From Octopus sinensis (taxonomy: Eukaryota), in the NCBI RefSeq assembly GCF_006345805.1, contig NC_043002.1:109430001-109494000 (forward strand): 64,000 nt of DNA, given 5' to 3'. Shown here one piece after another: positions 11,814 to 25,019 of the stretch. The position numbers were made by a program, and so were the translations under genes. Numbering within the stretch: the first letter of the stretch is position 1; every line of letters begins with the position of its first letter. The notes beneath the pieces are model-generated. The model was not told the origin of the DNA. It worked only from the letters and a program-made list of their open reading frames with translations, and did no database searches.

Positions 11814-12145
11814 TATATAGGCGATAAGAAAATGGAGGAAAAATAACAATAAGAAGTGTGTCTTTTGCGCTAGGAAGCCATTATTTAATTAGCTAAGAAA
11901 GGTGAGGGTAAGAGTGAGTTTATGATCGCTTCTCTGGACTATGGTGAGGAAAAATATATATTTATATTTATATTTTTGTCTCAAAAATATAAATATGAAT
12001 ATATATTTTCCTCACCATGGTCCACAGTAACGATCGTAAACTCACTCTTACTCTCACCTTTCTTTGCTAATTAAATAATGGCTTCCTAGCGCAAAAGACA
12101 CACTTCTTATTGGTATTTTTCCTCCATTTTCTTATCGTCTATATA
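11814..12145. repeat. Fold-back palindrome, ~165-bp arms, 3-nt loop
   Basis: Arms centred on TTTTTG-TCT-CAAAAA at 11979-11981; few mismatches. Confidence 0.9.
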
Positions 12146-12283
12146 AATTAAACTATGGTTTACCTGTTAAATTACCTGCTGCCGTATACCTTATACCAAG
12201 GATTATACTTACTGAGGTAATTACCAGGAGTGCCTTTGGATACATTTATCCCTTAGAGGGTTTAAACATCTCTAACTTATACC

Positions 12284-12324
<41 letters not shown>

Positions 12325-12327
<3 letters not shown>

Positions 12328-12757
12328 CGGTACATCATTTGTACGATGTGGAGAATATACCGCCAACTTTGCCCAAACGACCTTAACATTAGCTTCAAGG
12401 TTCATCCAAGACTGGGACCACGGGCCATACATCCCCTACCCAATTCAAGATCACAACATACATGTACACTGCAACATAATTTCTTTTCCTCAACAAGCCC
12501 TGCCCTATTTAACATTGTCCCGAGGGAGATCAAAGAGGAAAAGGATCTCATCAACTTTAAACGGAGTCTGGATAGATTCCTTCAAAGAATACCAGATAAG
12601 CCACCCATAATTGGATACAACTCACCAACAAGAACTCACTACTTGAATGGACCAGAAACAAAACTTGACTTAAACAGGATTCGAATAATCCTATCAGGTG
12701 ATGCTATTGAGTTAGACATGGCCTGGACCAATCTTTGGTCGAAACATATCTAAGTTT
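12325..12757 (+). mobile_element. 5'-truncated LINE 3' end flanked by (TA)n
   Basis: ORF 12346..12753 ...SPALFNIVPREIK..INFKRSLDRFLQRIPDKP, typical of a LINE ORF2 C-terminus. Confidence 0.7.
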
Positions 12758-13012
12758 ATATATATATATATATTGTACCAATAATGATAATAGAATTGAT
12801 AAATTATTAATTACTGTTACTCTATTACTTGCTCTACGGAAATTATGCAGTCCTGAATAGGACTCTCGGATTTACCAAGCAAGAAACGTTACGAGAGCCT
12901 AGCAACTTATTCTGTTAGTTCGGCATCACAAAAGGACCGTTGGGGTTAGCCGGCATCTGAAACCGAATTAAGAGGAAGCACGGTAACCGCCAGGATGCTC
13001 TATCTCTTTAAA

Positions 13013-13078
<66 letters not shown>

Positions 13079-13639
13079 ACATAAATAAGAATGAAGTCAA
13101 CTTTTCAATTATGTAATGCAGATTTCCATGAGAGTGGCTGATGTTTATTTATTGATTATATAATAGAACAAAATAATCAAACCACTTTGCCAGACGTGAC
13201 GTGAATTATCAAATCACAATTCGATTTGCAAGAAAGTTATCTCAACATTCCGTGAAAATGTTTTTTGCAGAAGAAAGCATTTACAAACATTAATTGAAGG
13301 GATAAATTTAATTTAGTATTTAGCCAATCAGCGCAGTTATTGCCCGAGACATTTATGAATGACATTTAGTGTAATAAATTTTTTCAACTGACAAATTATA
13401 AGACACTTTATATATACTCTAATGTATACGAGACAATTTCAATAAAAATATAACCATAATAGAATTCATCTCTAGATTTGCAAGTATAAAGAGATCACAG
13501 GTTTACATCAAAGAAAACATTAATATACTTTATTGTCAAAGATAAGGAATATATAGATAATATTATATATTATCTATATTATCTAAACCACAAGGCCCTT
13601 TCGAACGAGCAACACTGTTTACACGGTTCCATGCTTGGA

Positions 13640-13945
13640 AATGACGAAATATGAACTGCTATGTACAGGAAATTGTTTTACCACTTCTACACACCACTCT
13701 CCTCGAATAATGGAACTGCAACTACAATATCTTTATATATCTTACTTCTACATTCATTCTCTTATTTTCCTCTATATTCCCTATCTTTTTTTACAATAAT
13801 TCGAACTCAAATATTTTCTCAAACCGTCTCTGATGAAGGGATATCCATAATATGCCAGAAACAGCTGTAAGACTATTTCATTATAAATGTTCTGAAAACT
13901 CCTCACAGGCTTGGATTTGTTATCTCATTCTGTCTAATAGATAAT
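13640..13945 (+). mobile_element. Penelope-like 3' tail with hammerhead at 13826-13873
   Basis: GTCT-CTGATGA-AGGG..GCCA-GAAACAGCTGTA-AGAC; same family as the 28513-29110 arms. Confidence 0.55.
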
Positions 13946-15329
13946 ATTATATACAAATACTCGATCGCTACATCTCGAATAGTATGTACATATATTAATG
14001 TCGTTTCAACTATTTTCAAGGCAAGATTATGCAACCATTTACATAGCTTTAAAATTGAAAGTTAAGCTAATTGTGCATCACTGTCCAAAATGATCTGTCA
14101 ACACTTGTGATTGTTGACTGTATCTGGGATGAGGTACAAGAAAGGAAGTGTTAAGACTGGGTGGCGGCAGAATTTACATCCATTTATACAGCTTACTTTA
14201 TACCCGAACCGAAAAAAGTTTACTCAACTTGTTAGAAATAGCAGCTAAATATTCTTAATACTACCTATTGACTTAGATAGGGAAGATCACTATGAATGAG
14301 TAAAAAAAAAAATCAAGATGGGATTATGGCTGGAATACTTTTCAACATCAGTTGTTCGCCCCATCATAGCTGACCAAGTGTGAAACGATAACAACGGCGA
14401 CGATGACCATAACAACAGCAAGTCTTATAAAATATTTCACCTTCTTCAAGAATATCAGCCGGAAGTTATTCGACTAATCCTGGAAACTTTCTCAGTCAGA
14501 TCTATAGTGATGCCCTAAAGATAAACCACAAGTCCTTCCTAGGGTTTCTATTCTTCTGTAAACATTTCACTCGGCAAGAATGTTCAAACGCTCACTTTAC
14601 TTTACAAGTTCTTTTTAAAGCGGTTCAGATTTCGATGTTCTTGTGCTGCACCTTCGTTAGATGTGTTTACTTCCTCATTGATCTGTACTGAAGCCTGTTA
14701 GAGCCACCGTACCTGTTCTCGGGTGGCAGACTTAATCTCCTACCCGGTTTAACATCACATCCTGGTATTTGGATGTTCCTTGGGTGGTTTGTGGGTGCCA
14801 TTAACGAAGCCTATGATGCAGAATACATTTGGGCCAGGTCTGCGGTTTCAGAATAACCTCCACCTTTCCTCTCTTGGCTATCAGACGCTTTGAATATGGC
14901 CATGGACTAAGCTATGAAGAAGAAAATAAAACTACTCAGTTCTCTGACAATAATATCAGGATCTTCCTACGCAAGGTCTGCATTTCTTTAATTCTCTTTC
15001 ACATGCGAAGGTCACTATTTTAATGGCTGATATCAGCAACTTTTTCACTAATCGGTAAATGACTTCGTTTGCCTTCACTGTTGTTTGGTTCATCGACTGA
15101 CATTTTGGTTCTGGAAATTTCCACTGGAAGTATTTTACCTTAATCGATTCTTTCACTAGTTTCAGTCATTAGACCCTAGCCATGCAGGGGCTTTACCTTT
15201 AAGGGTTTTAGTTAGTCATACTGAACTCAGTAGATGTTTCAGCCTTGTATTTTCTAATGATCTAGATTTATTAAAATGTCAAGTTGCGCTTTGCGACATG
15301 ATTGTGGTTTTTATATCGGTAGGCATAAA

Positions 15330-16330
15330 CGGAAAAAAGGAAACAGCACGTCTGTCTACCAGAGTTTGATGTGTGACGGTGGTGACTTAATACTAATCAA
15401 TATAGGATGCGATATAGGATGAATGTGTATGCAGCATCAGGACCTGCCAGATATGGGAGCAGGGTTTCATTGTGTTTCACTTGAGCTTCGTAAAAGATTT
15501 GTTGTTGTTGAGAGAGGGAGTGGGGCGGATTGAAATATTTTCTGGTTCTAGAAGGCAAATCTTTGTGATGCAGATTTTTTTCATGGTGAGAATATACGTA
15601 GGATGGACCTTGAGTAATGGCGAGGCCTAGCATTTAAAGTGATTGGGAGGTGGGTTCTGGCGGCATGCTATTCATGTCTAGAAATGCGATAAGGTCTTCT
15701 TGACATGTGTAGTAATATTGACTTTTTTTTTGTTAAGGCGTAGAAATTGGTGCCCCTCTACTGGAGGTGGTTTCTATTCATGTTAGTGTAAATTTGGCGT
15801 CTACGTTCTATAAGGACGACAATTGGGTGCTGAAGGTTACGGAAGAATGACGGATGGTATCGTCTGCATAGAAGTGGGTGATGTCGGAGCTAGCAGTAAG
15901 TTTGCCATTGATGTGCAGGAGGAGGAGAAGTGTGGGGTGGGGGACAAAAACAGAAACAATGGGCCACGTCTGGGTTTGAGAAATGGTTAGAGACATTTCC
16001 CACGGTATATGTCTTGGTAGTGTCATCAAACATGAAGTCACTGTTCCAAGAGATAAGAGATGGATGGCACCCATTAGGGGTGAATTTTTGACATGAGATT
16101 TGTACATCAAATTCTCATGAAAGCTTTGGTAAAGTCGAGGGCAACAAAACTGCTTTTATTAAGAGGTTAGGGGCTAAAAGCCCAGTGGTGAATAATTTAG
16201 AAGTGTAGTTCTCTTTCAGTCTGGTTTTATGAAAATCTAGAGTGTTGGTCATTAAGGAGAAAAGGAGATTTATAGAGTAAAGTCGTGAACACGACAGAAA
16301 AGGATCGTTAGCTAAAAAAAAAAAAATGAA
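15330..16330 (-). mobile_element. Decayed L2/CR1-like LINE reverse transcriptase fragment
   Basis: Broken frames resemble LDFTKAF..GCHPSLISW..PTLLLLLHIN..HFYADDT. Confidence 0.6.
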
Positions 16331-16752
16331 GGAAAATCTTGTGTTCAATGAAAGAAAAAAACGAACGAAAACATAAAAATTAAATAAACTTTAATCTCAA
16401 ACCAGGTTTATATTTTTTGTTTAATTTTAAAATACTTTTCTTTAACTCACAATAAAAATAACAAGAATCACACTAAATGAAAAAACAATAAAAATAAAAT
16501 TAAAAGTCAACAAATAACCCCCAGAATCTGCCCAAGGTGGTGATGTAAAAATAATATTTTAATCTTCAAAACAACTCTGTCCAATATCACAACGGTGTGA
16601 GGAGCAAATACTCTCGTCCGATTGGTATTGGTTGAATACTCACTGTAGCATGAGGCAACAAAACGAAGACCCATTAATTGTCATATTGCGGCTGGAAGAA
16701 ATAACTAAATTACAAACACTCTTTCTTCACTTCTAATTACAGCAAATTATTA

Positions 16753-17616
16753 TTGTGTTGAGTCAAAAGTTTTGTAATATTTTGGCAACTTATTTGCTTT
16801 ATTCGTCAAGTTACAACAAAAGTAATTAAGCATTCAGAGCAGAAACCATGGAATTGCAGAAATTGATCTCACGTTGATATCAATTTTTGCCCGAGGCGAT
16901 GAACTCCTCTTGGTTGATGAAGCATTACGAGCGCAGGAAGTGAGCCATGGATCGGAACAAATAATAGTCCGAGGGGGCTAGGTCCGGACTATATGCTAGG
17001 TGTAGCATTAGTTCCATTCCCTCAAGTTCCTGGAGTTTATTCCGGGTTATTCAAGCAGAATGAGGTCTCGCGTTGTTTTGCTGTAGAAGAGGTCGCTTTC
17101 TGTTAACGAATTCCGCGTATTTTTTGTTGCGCAATGGCATACATCCTCTCCAGCTGTTCGGAGTACAGGTTGGCATCGATGGCTCGACCATCCAGAATGT
17201 ACTCGTGGTGAATTATCCTCCTCATAATTCCACAAAACTCTGAGCATCACCTTGTGTTCGAAACGTCCACGCATGGCGACAGGTTCCGGAAGCTGTTCCT
17301 TGCTTAACCACTTCTAATTCATGTTAGGATTGCGGGGAACTCTATCCCTCAGGTTATTATTTGTTCCGATCCATGACTTACTTCCTGCACTCGTCACGCT
17401 TCATCAACCAAGAGGAATGGAAGTTTCAGTGAAGGAGTTCTTTACCTCGAAGGACAAGAACGGGTCTCAGCGTGGGATCAAAGAACTGATAGAAAGATGG
17501 CTTCAGACGGTGCAACACGATGGCCTCTGCTTTGAATGCAACGAGGCTTTTGTTGTAACCTGACCAATAAAGCAACTAAATTACCAAAATATCGCAAAAC
17601 TTTTGAATCAACTCAA
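16753..17616. mobile_element. Mariner derivative made of two oppositely oriented 3' halves
   Basis: TA|TTGTGTTGAGTCAAAAG ... CTTTTGAATCAACTCAA|TA; transposase C-terminal remnants on both strands (KVML..WNYE, PHPAYSPDLAPSDY-like; EFFTSK..RGIKELIERW). Confidence 0.75.
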
Positions 17617-18321
17617 TATCATTATTTGTATCATGTTTTCAGCAGTTACATCTAGGTCTCTCTTATGCCGTCCGATGTATCCCACCATCCCGTGTTCGTT
17701 CCTGAGGTATAAGCAGCATCGTCTTTTGTGTGCAAGGTGCTTGTATAAGTAACATCTATTTCGTTTTGTCGTGGGGTTTATCTTGCTGTTTTTTTTTAGG
17801 GTTCGGTCTGTTTGGTATGCGAAATATGTAGAAGGTGGTGCAGTATTGTGTGCGACGTTGATGTTGTGACTCTATTTTAGCTCCCGGTCAGCACTGGCAG
17901 AGCAGACCTACCATTAAATGCATTCCTGCCGCGATTATCCCACCCTTCCCTTGAATATTACATATCTAAGAACTACATTATCAATGTGCCTCCGCCCCCA
18001 CCATTTACCAAGACAGTAAAGTGATTTGAGGGTGGGATTGCTGCTACATCTACCTGGTCGTGAGACTTTGTGGAGGCTCCCTCGTTCGATTGGGTTCCCC
18101 GAATCATTGGAATTATTTTTTGACAGAAATTCTGTTGGTTGTATACCATGCTACATTATTATTGCATATATCTTAATATTGTGTCGGTTATATGTATACT
18201 CAGTTGCGTAGTGTGGTATTTGCATTTGGTATATACTGTGAGATATATATATATACCGGAGTAAGCACATAAATGTGAAACGAGGTGAAAAAAGGGTACT
18301 CAAATACCAGAGGTAGAGTAA

Positions 18322-18425
18322 TATACTATATTTAAAAGCGGCAGCAATATAACAAAAGCTGTTACTCAGAGAACGTGAAACTCCGAGTAACAGCTTTTGT
18401 TATATTTCTGCTGCTTCTAAACAAA

Positions 18426-18431
<6 letters not shown>
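18322..18431. repeat. ~45-bp stem hairpin at the end of a Penelope-like tail
   Basis: AATATAACAAAAGCTGTTACTC / GAGTAACAGCTTTTGTTATATT is a perfect 22-bp stem with imperfect extensions. Confidence 0.8.
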
Positions 18432-18501
<70 letters not shown>

Positions 18502-18618
18502 AGTAAGTATGTATATTAATAGGGTAGTGTTTGTGTAATGGATTTATGTAGTGTTACATTGTGTACTGAGTGTATTGGGTATATGTATATATATATGTGT
18601 ATGTATATATATATGTGT

Positions 18619-18649
<31 letters not shown>

Positions 18650-18829
18650 TATATATGTAATATATGTATACAAACTAATACACCTGTTTGTTGTTTACAC
18701 ACCTGTCTTCGTCTTTTGCCTTTTTGCAAATTCCAACTATATATGTGTATATGTTTATATATATATATATGTGTGTGTGTATGTATGTATGTATGTATGT
18801 ATTTTTCCATTTTTAATTATTTAAATTCT

Positions 18830-21450
18830 TCCTTTGAGGAAGGAGCTGGTTTCTAAGATACAAAGCTCCGTCTTTGGAATGTAGATAACGAAGACAATGT
18901 CACATTTTAAACCTGAGAATAGTCTTGCATAGTTTTACTGCTTCGCTCATAGACTGTATTTGTGACGTACGAGTCAGCTGGTCAATTTCTCTTTTTGAAA
19001 ATCCAAGCTTGTCTAGACTGATAGTTAAGCAATTGCTTACAAAACCAAGTACACCAATTATTATTGGTATAAACGGAAATTTATAATCTGGAAGCAGTTG
19101 TCCATAGTTATCTTCCTTCTCTTTGATTTTTCAAAGAGATATTTACATCAGAAGGACAGCTGACCTTTATGACAATATATACTTTTATTTTCTGTTCTAG
19201 ACAACAATATCCCTTTTGTTATGCTTACACTTGATAGATATCTTGATGGGAATGTTCCACCAGTATTCCTTTTTCTGATGGTTGTCCACCTATTCAATAA
19301 CAGGGAATTCTCTATATTTATTCCAGGACAGTCTTTTTCCAGATGGCGTTCTATACTATTTTTGCGACAATGTCGTGTCGTAGTACCTTGCTGACGTTTT
19401 TTTTGGAATCTGCTAGTCACCTGTGTGATGACTTCCACAAGAATATGACATAATCTACGTCTTAGAATCGAAGGGCTTCACTGTCTCTTAGGTATTTAGT
19501 AACAATCCTCGGTTCCTGGATCGCAAATGCATAGTATACGAAGTGTGATGTGGTGTTTCGGTCACGAGTCCAAGAGAGGCTTCTTTTCATGTCAATGTTA
19601 TTGACTCTTTCAAGTGTTCGGGGAACGTATTCATGTATGGTCTTTTTTTTTTGTATGCAAAATGTTTCAAGTCCAGCTCTTCTTTGAGGTGTGCTCGTTC
19701 GGCTGATTTGGGGTTGTATGGGAGGTCGTCAGGAAGTGAGTGCTTCCTGAGGAGCAACACGTAAGATATTGTTTTCTTCGCTTTCCAACACTCATTTAAT
19801 GTATTTATTTTTGTAGCTGTTGTTTAGCAAGTGCTGTCTGAGAGAGAGAATGAGAAAGAGAATGAGAGAGAGAGAGAGAGGGAGAGAGAGAGGGAGAGAG
19901 AGAGGGAGAGAGAGGTGTTTTTACCTCAGACAGTACAGCTTTGTTTATCAGAGGTTGTTCGGCACATCCCCTCACTCCCTTCTTTCTACCGGCATGCTAA
20001 TCAGTCACTATGTTGTTGGACTCACAGTGACCCTGGAGGAATTGGCTGAAATAGCTTGCGTACAATTTGTACCAAAGGTTTAGGCAGGAAACGGGCCAAT
20101 AGTTTTCAGCTAACTCGGTGTGGTTTCATTCTTAGTTACAAGATTCATCCGTGCTATAGCAAGCCAGTCTGGTCTTCTATAGTTCTTTTGAATATACTTA
20201 CTAGTGGTTCCCTGTAAAATGTCTGCCTCTTATACAAGTATCCAACTATTAGATCCCCTCCAGGTGCCTTCCTATCATGCAGCTTGCCTGCAGCTCTGAC
20301 GAAAGTTTCCGGGTCAATAACATATATTTTACTGTTGATGTTGGTGCAGCATTCTCTCTTTACTACATTTAGCCACGATGCATTGAGGTTGAGATTCCTC
20401 TTTTCGTTCGAGATTTTCAACCAAAATGATTCAAAATCTTCTTGCGAGAGGGAATTTATTAACGGTAATATTTTCCTTCACTATTTCTTTATTGTCTGTG
20501 GCTTAGAAGCAAACCTGTGATTTATACAAACTCGCTCAAAATTCGACTGCTGTAGCGAAGATTTTCGCTGAGAAACCCGAGTCCATGTTTTAGAGTAATG
20601 AACCTCTCCTCAAGAGCTTGGTATGAAGAGTCACCATACAGTTTTCCTAATTTCTTTATAAGATGTAACTGATGAGGTGTAAATTCATCATTCTTCTTAC
20701 ATTTAATTGTCGTGTTTAACCATCCAATATGGCGGCGTAGATTGCCGATGTTTTCTTCTAGTTTAGTTTTCCATCTAGGTTGCTTCAGGGAAACGACTGT
20801 TTGTTTCCATTTAGTCGGTTCATTACCATGTGTATTGCAGATTTGTTCTAGGTGTGCTTTAAAAGTGATGGCAGCTGTGTATATGACGGTAATAATATTC
20901 CAGTAATTAACATCACATCATTCCATGTGATCTTCAACGACATCATCGATAACTTTCAACACCAGAGCTTTTGGATTTTGCTCTTAAACGTGTTAATAAT
21001 GGCCTGTCGCATAATGATAGTTTCGAAAAAAAAAAAAAAAAGAAAAGAAAAGTTATCTTTGAACTGTGGTTTCGGGATATTTCTAAGTCGAATATATTCC
21101 ACACTTATCTCTGTTAACTCAGTTACATTTGAAGCGGTTTGTTCACATTATTGTCGATCTCTCTTCTGGCTGGTTTTGGCCAGTTTTTAGCGTTATGAAA
21201 AGATCGATTTACGTCACGAGAGCAAGTCATTATTCTCTTAAAATAAGATGCTTGTCGTCGAAGATGTTTCGCAGTAAAGGTACTAAAGTTGGGATAAGAT
21301 CCGTCTCAGTATTTTATTAACCGCTTGGTATATCCGATAGAAGGGTCTTCACGATCTTTTTCATAGCATCGAAGTAGATCTCGGTTTAGATGTAGGGTCC
21401 AAGTAAAATGAGAGGAGTACTTACATCTGCTTAGTTTACTGGTGTTGCAA
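18830..21450 (-). mobile_element. Highly decayed Penelope-like retroelement
   Basis: Degenerate hammerhead-like tail near 18843 and broken frames with faint endonuclease/RT resemblance; boundaries approximate. Confidence 0.35.
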
Positions 21451-21491
21451 TGTTGTTTCCGTCGTGGTGTTACTGTTATAGTTTCAGCCGT

Positions 21492-21873
21492 GGAGGCGCA
21501 ATGGCCCTGTGGTTAGGGCAGCGGACTCGCGGTCGTAGGATCGCGGCTTCGATTCCCAGACCGGGCGTTGTGAGTGTTTATTGAGCAAAACACCTAAAGC
21601 TCCACGAGGCTCCGGCAGGGGATGGTGGTGATCCCTGCTGTGCTCTTTCACCACAACTTTCTCTCACTCTTACTTCCTGTTTCTGTTGTACCTGTATTTC
21701 AAAGGGCCGGCCTTGTCACTCTCTGTGTCACGCTGAATATCCCCGAGAACTACGTTAAGGGTACACGTGTCTGTGGAGTGCTCAGCCACTTACACGTTAA
21801 TTTCACGAGCAGGTTGTTCCGTTGATTCGGATCAACCGGAACCCTCGTCGTCGTAACTGACGGAGTGCTTCCA
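21492..21873 (+). mobile_element. SINE family B, TSD ATAGTTTCAGCC
   Basis: Near-identical to the other B copies. Confidence 0.9.
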
Positions 21874-22118
21874 CATAGTTTCAGCCATTACCATGTTAGC
21901 AAAATTCCACCTGGTATAAGGTATATCTTTAAAATAACGCTACAGTTGGTAAGTACAATGTTTTTCTTATTCATAATGGGAGAAATAAAGCAGTTACTGA
22001 TTTAGGCTGGAGGAGTCGGCATAAATGTAGAAGGAAATCGTTCACAAGAACAATTTAAACGGCTCCCTACGCCTGCATGTCTGATGTTGACGGCGCCATG
22101 TATATATATATATATTAT

Positions 22119-22179
<61 letters not shown>

Positions 22180-22749
22180 GTATGTATTATATAATATTGG
22201 ATAGGGATGCTACATAATATGTACCGAGTGGGTTGTGGTCTACAGTGGTTGGTCATGATTGTGTTTGCGTATATACTGGCATATACAGCATTAGTGGGTA
22301 GGATTGTGTAGAATATGTGTGTTGTGTTACATAGTATTGGGTCAAGTATTGTACTTGCCATTGATTGTATTGGGTATATATAGTATTTGATAGTTATAGT
22401 ACTGAGTACATTAGTCGGCGATTGAATTGGGTATATATATATATATATATTGATTGTATAGAATATGTACTATGTGTGGGTTATCGCAGTGGGTGATGAT
22501 TATATAGAATGTATACTGTATGTATTTATAATACTTTCAGTTATACAATAGAATCATATTGTTAATATGTTCATGCGAGTTTCTCCTTCACCCCCAGATG
22601 CACATCAATGCTCCTGATGATTCTGATGCATTGTCCGTGGAATATGCAGAATTGTATTCGTATGCGACATCAGTTCTGTTTTGTTGTGAGATAATAATTT
22701 TTTTGTTGGTTCTGGTGGTATTTTAATATTTTTTTGCCTGTTTGGTATG

Positions 22750-22799
22750 TAAATTATTAATTATTATTATTATAATTACTATTATTATTATCATTACTA

Positions 22800-22897
<98 letters not shown>

Positions 22898-23070
22898 TAT
22901 TATTATTATTATTATTATTATTGTTGTTGTTGTTGTTGTTGTTGTCATTATTATCATTGCTATCATTATTATTATTTCGGTAGTTTATTTCATTTGATAT
23001 TTGCTATATGGAGTGTCTCGTGCTTGCAAATTATTTTCTTTGGGTTGTATTATTATTATTATTATTATTA

Positions 23071-23113
<43 letters not shown>

Positions 23114-23119
23114 ATTATA

Positions 23120-23179
<60 letters not shown>

Positions 23180-23180
23180 C
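22750..23180. repeat. Long imperfect (TTA)n/(TTG)n microsatellite
   Basis: Direct reading. Confidence 0.95.
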
Positions 23181-23521
23181 CCCGTTCCCTAAACTTGAGA
23201 CTTTGGCTAATAATGTTGGAAAGTTTTCGTATTAGAAAGAGGAAACGTTTGATGGCAGAATCGGTAGAGTGTCGGTCTTAAGCCCAGTGATATTTAATTA
23301 TGTTCCTTAGTGTTCAGAGTTCAAATTCCAACAAGTTCAACTTCACTTTTCAGTATCCTGAGGTAGGTAATGTAACAAAGTACAGATTATGCACTGGGGT
23401 TAATAACACAATATATCAGTCAAGTACCGGAGTACAAAAAATAAAGTACCCATTAAGTCCGCGAGTCAGTAGAAATAGCTGTCATAAAGCACATATCATG
23501 TTGTTATTATTATTATTATTA

Positions 23522-23582
<61 letters not shown>

Positions 23583-23586
<4 letters not shown>

Positions 23587-23637
23587 TCACTGCCTGGAAT
23601 CCCGCGCTCTTAACCGCTATGCCCACGGGCATATGGC

Positions 23638-23712
<75 letters not shown>

Positions 23713-23728
23713 TGATGATGATAATAAC

Positions 23729-23763
<35 letters not shown>

Positions 23764-23945
23764 CAACAACATCGAAAAAATATCTTAGGAATGAGAACCC
23801 AGGTTCGAAATTTCCCCAAGACACCTGATGAAGGCTGGAGGGTATATAAGCCGAATCGTTGTGTCAACAACAAACAAGATGAGGACAAATATCCGTCAAA
23901 TGTAAATAATGTACATAATTCTTCATCTCTTAAATATAGAACAGG
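23583..23945 (+). mobile_element. Third copy of the tRNA-module/hammerhead-tail family, embedded in (TTA)n/(TAA)n
   Basis: Deleted inverted head 23585-23638, (TAA)n, then CCCCAAGACAC-CTGATGAAGGCTG..AGCC-GAATCGTTGTGTC (GAAA mutated to GAAT). Confidence 0.7.
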
Positions 23946-24641
23946 ATTATTATTATTAGACATTCGCTATTTTTTATTGATGTGTGTTTAAAAGTATTGA
24001 ATTTGAATTATCCAATTATACAGATCTCTCATCTTATGTTAATAAGTATAACTGCTTCTGTAATCCCCATGTGTCATCATATTACACAGATAATCCTCCA
24101 TATATCGCCAGTATTTTTCAGTATTACACAAACAGGGGCATAGATTGGTGCTTAGTTTTCTCTTTAGACGGAGCCAATACGTAGTCACTAGACATGCTAG
24201 AAACAGCAGCTGAATTATTTTATCATACCTATCGCCTTAAAAAGTAAGTGAATGACACTGGATTACAGGATAATCTAGTCTTAGATTCATATAAAAATAA
24301 AAGAAAAAGAAAAAAAAGAGGACGGCTGGAACAGTGAAAGATGAAATGCTTTGCACGAGCTGACCCAGGGATAAACACTATCAGTACTAAACAATTATAT
24401 AGTTATTCATAAGAGAGCCGTGCCTCCCCATACCGCTGCATATTTAGACAACAGCCCGAACCAGTAGAAGGTATTTTTGATTTTTACAAGGAGTTGAGAA
24501 TAACGCGGGGTACGGATGGTCGACACTTTCTTCACTGTTACCTCAGAATCTTAACACCAAGACTACATTTCATCTGTTCTTCGGTATCCCGAATAGACCA
24601 CAACCCACTCGGTACATATTCTGTAGCATCCCTATCCAATA

Positions 24642-24672
<31 letters not shown>

Positions 24673-25019
24673 CATACATACATACATACATGCATGCATG
24701 CATGCATGCATGCATGTGGAAGCACTCCGTCGGTTACGACGATGAGGGTTCCGGTTGATTCGAATCAACGGAACAGCCTGCTCGTGAAATTCCATTACTT
24801 GATTTGTTGTCTCTGAACGTAATGTCAACGTGGCACTTCATACTGTCTTGCTTGCATTTTTTTTCCCGAACCAGCCAACTGGTCGGATTGAGACATGGTG
24901 AGGCCTTAAGCTATAGCATCTTGTACAGGTCCTATTTGGCAATTGTTAACATAGAATAAGACTGTGTAATGACTGAATTTGTCAAGATTGCCGTCAAAAT
25001 ACATAATAAACTTTTGGAA

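Noticed and set aside
14450-15300. Decayed coding-like sequence on the - strand
   Set aside because: Probably a retroelement remnant, but no motif could be identified with confidence.
21622-21825. Recurrent 67-aa ORF MVVIPAVLFHH... (also 9722, 31135, 35948, 58701)
   Set aside because: It lies inside the tRNA-derived SINE family B with TSDs; not a gene family.
22742-23963. Poly-I/L/Y/N ORFs
   Set aside because: Translations of trinucleotide microsatellites.
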